Of a stretch of DNA of 39,673 nt, positions 35,023 through 39,673 are shown piece by piece (within the stretch, counting starts at the first letter, position 1; each line of letters opens with the position of its first letter). The stretch spans positions 3,937,477 through 3,977,149 of the forward strand of contig NC_057718.1 of NCBI RefSeq assembly GCF_004010195.1, written 5' to 3'. Both the position numbers and the translations under genes were made by a program. The notes under the pieces are model-generated. The model saw only the letters and a program-made list of their open reading frames with translations, was not told where the DNA came from and did no database searches. The DNA is from Chiloscyllium plagiosum. Its lineage: Eukaryota.

Positions 35023-38000
35023 TTACACTAATAGTTATTAAAGTTAGTTAATTACAGAAGCAAGGTTGGTTTGATCTGCCCCAACTTCACTGCTTCAATC
35101 TTGAATCAGTTCTTTATTTAATACAGACCTTGTTCACTTTGAACAACTGGCAGTACGTTGTAAACTGGAGATTTGATTTTTAAATTCTTAATGTTTTCCC
35201 CTCAAGGTGTATCTGGTCCAGTCCTTCTCCAGTCTCCAATCATGGAACGTGTCATCGAGGGTTACACTGCCCAGTTACAGTGCACCATGAGGAATGCCAC
35301 AGTAACACACACTGATGTTCGCTGGTACAGACAAGAGCCCGGGAGTCATGTGAAGCTGTTTTTCACACGTGAAAGAAAGAGTTACACACAATGGAGCCCA
35401 GCATTCACTTATAGAATCTGGTTTTCCAGAGACTCCTCCAGTAACAGTGTCATTCTGACCATCACAAACGTGCAGCCCAGTGACACTGGGGTCTATTACT
35501 GCACAGTGCAGGGAAGGATCTATGGGAGAGGAAGCCTGCTCATTGTAGACAGTAAGTAAAGTTTACATGACAATCAGCTCCAGTAATAACCTCTTGCCCA
35601 ATGAATGAATTGGAGATCAGTTTGTCATCAAGAAGATTGAGGAGGTGATGGAGAGTGATCTCGGGGATGGATTCACTGTGGGGAGGAAGTTGAGCTCAGA
35701 TTCAGTAATTGCCCAAAGTTGCCCCTCTCTGGGTTTAGCCTCAGGGGGTATCTATGGGGGTTAGTACAGTGTGGGTGTTTGCTGAGCTTCATCTTCATTG
35801 TGTCATCATGTTGGACAGACATTTGGAGAGAGTGGAAGCAGCCTTGGGATGATTGGAGGAGGTGGAGTGACAATGCAGTGCCGAGGGAGAAGGAAATGTT
35901 GAGCAGGTTTTTGAGGGTGAAATGATGATGGCAAGGCACACAGGAATGGTGCCCTGGGGACAGCGCAGAGACGATCAGAATCTAGAGGAGAAACCACTGG
36001 TGCTGGGAGGAAGCTGATGATGGGAGCAGCCAGAGGGGGACCCTGGTAGAGCAGCGCGAGGGGCTGCAATGTGTGTCTGAGACTTTCCAACAGAAATTGG
36101 ACTCAATGGTGCTCAAAGGAGTGGAGAGCTGAGAGAATAAGGGGATGGAGAGACAGTGAGACATACAGTCACACCGAGATCAGTTGTGCTGTTGATCTGT
36201 GGAGGCTCAGTATTTGGGCTGAGAGTGAACTTGGATTCCAGGATCTGGAACAGGGAGTGAGCAGGAGCTGGCTCCCCATTGCAAGAGGCAAGAGGCAGTC
36301 GGATGGTTGGTCTGGATTGTGGGGACAGAGGACTCTGCGTGATGCTGCTAATTAGCCTGGAAAGGAGCATTGTTGATGTGAGGGGCTCCATGCTCACAAT
36401 TCCCTCACACAGGCGGTTCTCTATTTCGATCAATTTTCTGACAGTTCGTTGTGTTTGTTAAGATGTGATTGTTCCAAAATGATTCTTTACTGACTTTGAT
36501 AAAGAAAGTGTCCATCCATGACAATGTGGGCTGTTTCACTGGGACCAGAGGGCAAGCAGGGTGTCTGTGCAGAATGTTTCAGTCTTGTTAATGATGGTGG
36601 TGGGAGTAGAGGCAGTGGGTGCCTTCTTTACCATCTTAACCACTTGTATTGCCACTTTCAGGGAGCTATGGGCTTGCATCCCAAGATCCTTCTGGATATC
36701 AATGCTCCTGCAGGCCCTGACATTTATTTATTCTTTCTTCTTGCATTTGACCTCCTAAAATGTATCACCTCTCACTTGTCCAGTTGAAACTCCATCTGCC
36801 ATTTCTCCACCCAACTTTCCAACTAACCAAAATCCCACTCTATCCTTTGACAACTTTCTTCAATATCCACTGCAAACTTACTGAAGCATAGAAAATAAGA
36901 GCAGAAATCGGCCATTCGGCCCTTCGGGCTTGCACCACCATTCAAAACTATTGTAGCTGATCATACAATCTCAGTATCCCATTCCTGCTTTACCTCCAGA
37001 CCCTTTGATCCCTTTAGCTGGAGGGGCCACATCCAGCTCCCTCTTGAATATACCTTGCCCAAACAGCTGCCTGTGAAAGAGAATTCCACAGGTTGACAGC
37101 TCTTAGTGAAGAAATGCTTCCTCATCTTTGTTCTGAATGGTTTACCCCTTATTCTTATACCGTGAGCCCTAGTTCTGAAATTCCCCAACATTCAGGACAT
37201 TTACCTGCATCTAACCTGTTAAGTCCCATCAGGATTTTATATGTTTCCATGAGATCTTCCCTCGTTTATCTAAATTCCAGCGACTACAAGCCTCGTTGAT
37301 CCAGTCTTTCCTCATATGTCAGTCCTGCCATCCTGGGAATCAGTCTGGTGAACCTTCATTGGACTCCCTCAATAGCAAGAATGGCCTTCCTCAGACTAAG
37401 AGATCAAAACTGAACACAATACTCAAGGTGTGGCCTCACCAAGGCCCTATATAACTGCAGCAAGTTGTCCTTACTCCGATATGCAAATCCTCTCACTATG
37501 AAGGCCAGCATGACTTTAGCTTTCCTCACTGCCTGCTGTACCAGCATGCCAACCTTCAATGACTGTTCCACTGTGACACCCATGTCTCATTGCGCCTCTC
37601 CTTTTCCTAAACTGCCACCATTCAGATAACTATCTGCCTTCCTGTTTTTACAACCACAGTGATAACCTCACATTTATCCACATTATACTACATTTGTCAA
37701 GTATTTGTCTACTCAGGCAGTGTGTCCAAACATACTGCAGCCTCTTATCCTCCTCCTCACAGAGCACACTGCCACCCAGCTTAGTGTCATCTGCACATCT
37801 GCATTCAATTCTTTTGTCCAAATTGTTAATGGATATTGTGAGCAGTTGGGGTCCCAGCAATGAACCCTGCAGTACCCCACGCTTGCCACTCTGAAAAGGA
37901 CATGTTTATTCCAATTCTCTGCTTCCTGTCTGCCAATCAGTTCTCTCTCCACGTCAAAGCATTACCTCCAATACCTTGAGCTTTAATTTTCCTGACTATT

Positions 38001-39195
38001 CTCATGCCTGGAATCTTGTCAGAGCATTTTGAAAGTCCAGACACACAACATTTACTGCTTCACCCTTGTCCACTTTACTGGTCACATCCTCAATAAAAGT
38101 CCAGAAGATTTGTCAAGTATGATTTCCCTTTAATGAATCTATGCTGATGAGAACCAATTCTGTCACCACGTCCCAAATGCTTAGTTATTACATCCTTAAT
38201 AATTGATTCCAGCATTTTCACCACCACCAATGTCAAGCTAACTGGCCGAAAATTCCCCATTTTCTCTCTCCCTCCATTTTTAAAGAATGGGGTTGCATTA
38301 GCTATTTTCCAATCCATTGGATCTCTTCCAGAGTCTACAGAATGCTGGAAAATGACCACCCATGCATCTGTTATTTCTAGAATATCCGGTCCTGTGGACT
38401 TATCAGGTTTTAATTCCATAAGTTTCCCCAATACCATTTCCTGACTAATAAGGATTTCTTTCAGTTCCTCCTTCATGTCTCCAAGTATTTATTGAAGGAA
38501 GATCCAAAGTATTTAGTCAACTGAAAAAAAAGCCCAAAAGAACTCCAGCTGCTACAAATCCAAAACAGAAACAGAAGTTGCTGGAAAAACTCAGCAGGTC
38601 TGGCAGCATCTGTGAACAGAAATCAGAGTTCAGGCTTCAGGTCCAGTAGCCTTTCCTTTGAATTGTTGAGAAAGGGTTACCAGGCTCAATTCTCTTCTCA
38701 GGTGCTGCCAGACCTACTGAGCTTTTCCAGAAACTTCTGTTTTTATATTTGTTTAACTGGTCCACCATCTCTTTGTTGTTCATTATGAATTCACTTGATT
38801 CTAACAGCAAGTGACCTACATTTGTCTTCACCAGTCTTTTGATGGTCACTTATGTATAGAAGCTTTTACAGTCAGAATTTATGTTTTCCGCAAGCTTACC
38901 TTCATATTCTATTTTCCCTTTCCGAATTAAAACCTTTGTCCTCCTCTGCTGAATTTTAAATTTCTCCCAGTCCTCAGGTTTACTGCTTTTTCTGGTGAAG
39001 TTATCAGTCTCATCCTTGGCTTTAACACAGTTCCTGATTTCCCTTGTTAGCCATGGTTGAGTCATGTTCACTGTTTTACTCTTATGTCTGTCAGGAATGT
39101 ACAATTGTTGAAGTTCATCCACGTAATCTTTAATTGTCTGCCACTACCTATCTACCGTCAGCCCAATAAGTATCCTTGGCCAGCTTATCCTTGGT
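35023..39195 (+). repeat. Segmental duplication unit containing V3, paralogous to 306-7620
   Basis: Same as for 306-7620. This copy lacks the two HE1 SINEs and the HER1 LINE present in the V1 copy. Confidence 0.85.
35207..35551 (+). CDS. Ig-superfamily V-set exon, germline-joined VJ type (copy V3); phase 1-1
   Basis: Acceptor gttttcccctcaAG (AG 35205-35206) and donor GTAAGT 35552-35557. Frame GVSGPVLLQSP...LQC...VRWYRQEPG...ILTITNVQPSDTGVYYC-TVQGRI-YGRGSLLIVD. 345 bp. Confidence 0.93.
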
Positions 39196-39255
39196 AATGC
39201 ATGTCTCATACGTCAACGTTAACTTTCTTTAAGTTCAGGATCCTAGCTTCAGATT
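36620..39255 (-). mobile_element. CR1 LINE remnants (paralogous to 5040-7620)
   Basis: KLMELKPDKSTGPD...WKIANATPFFK...NFRPVSLT...KSYLTNLLDF; QPWLTREIR. Confidence 0.85.
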
Positions 39256-39673
39256 TAATTGCCATCTTAATGAAGGATTCTACCATATTATGGTCATTAT
39301 TGCCTCAAGGATCTCACAGGCATGCTGTTTTGGAAAGTGTAGCGGGTGATGGATTCTCAGCGGAACATAACACGAACAGCAAAGTTTCTGGTATTGAGAC
39401 TGGCTCTAATGCAACGAAGGGTACGTCGGCTTCCAAGAGATCAATTGTGTAAGGGGATTCTGTAGTCCAAGGTACAGACAGACGTTTCTGTGGCCAGTAG
39501 CGAAAAAGCAGAATGGTGTGTTGCTTCCCTGGTGCCAGGATCAAGGATGTCTCAGAAAGGGTGCAGAATGTTCTCACGGGGGAGAGGGGCCAGCAAGAGG
39601 TCATTGTCCACATTGGAACCAACGATATAGGAAGGGAAAAGGTTGAGATTCTGAAGGGAGATTACAGAGAGTT
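39255..39673 (+). mobile_element. CR1 ORF1 SGNH-esterase remnant (runs off the window)
   Basis: GDSVVQGTDRRFCG...MVCCFPGARIKDVSERVQNVL...VIVHIGTNDIG. Confidence 0.85.

Overview
Eukaryotic genomic DNA from a cartilaginous fish. HE1 SINEs and HER1/CR1 LINEs point to an elasmobranch; a carpet or bamboo shark is my inference only. Most of the window is nested, degraded transposable elements: CR1/HER1 LINEs, HE1 SINEs, two Penelope-like lineages, a Gypsy element plus solo LTRs, and Tx1 LINE 3' ends. There are two assembly gaps. The only well-supported host coding sequences are three intact, paralogous, plus-strand immunoglobulin-superfamily V-domain exons (820-1164, 29257-29595, 35207-35551). Each is a germline-joined 'VJ' exon with a leader-remnant G-x-(S/T)-G, Cys-Trp-DxGxYYC, a fixed 6-residue CDR3 and a J-like [L/Y]GxGS motif, and each has canonical phase 1-1 splice sites and no complete RSS at the V-J junction. 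I found no leader, C-domain or TM exon between them. This suggests either a RAG-independent variable-exon array (possibly alternatively spliced) or an expanded non-rearranging antigen-receptor-like family. A second notable signal is a Tx1-clade LINE inserted repeatedly at the TATA box of both LTRs of one Gypsy element. TE boundaries are by-eye estimates unless TSDs are quoted.
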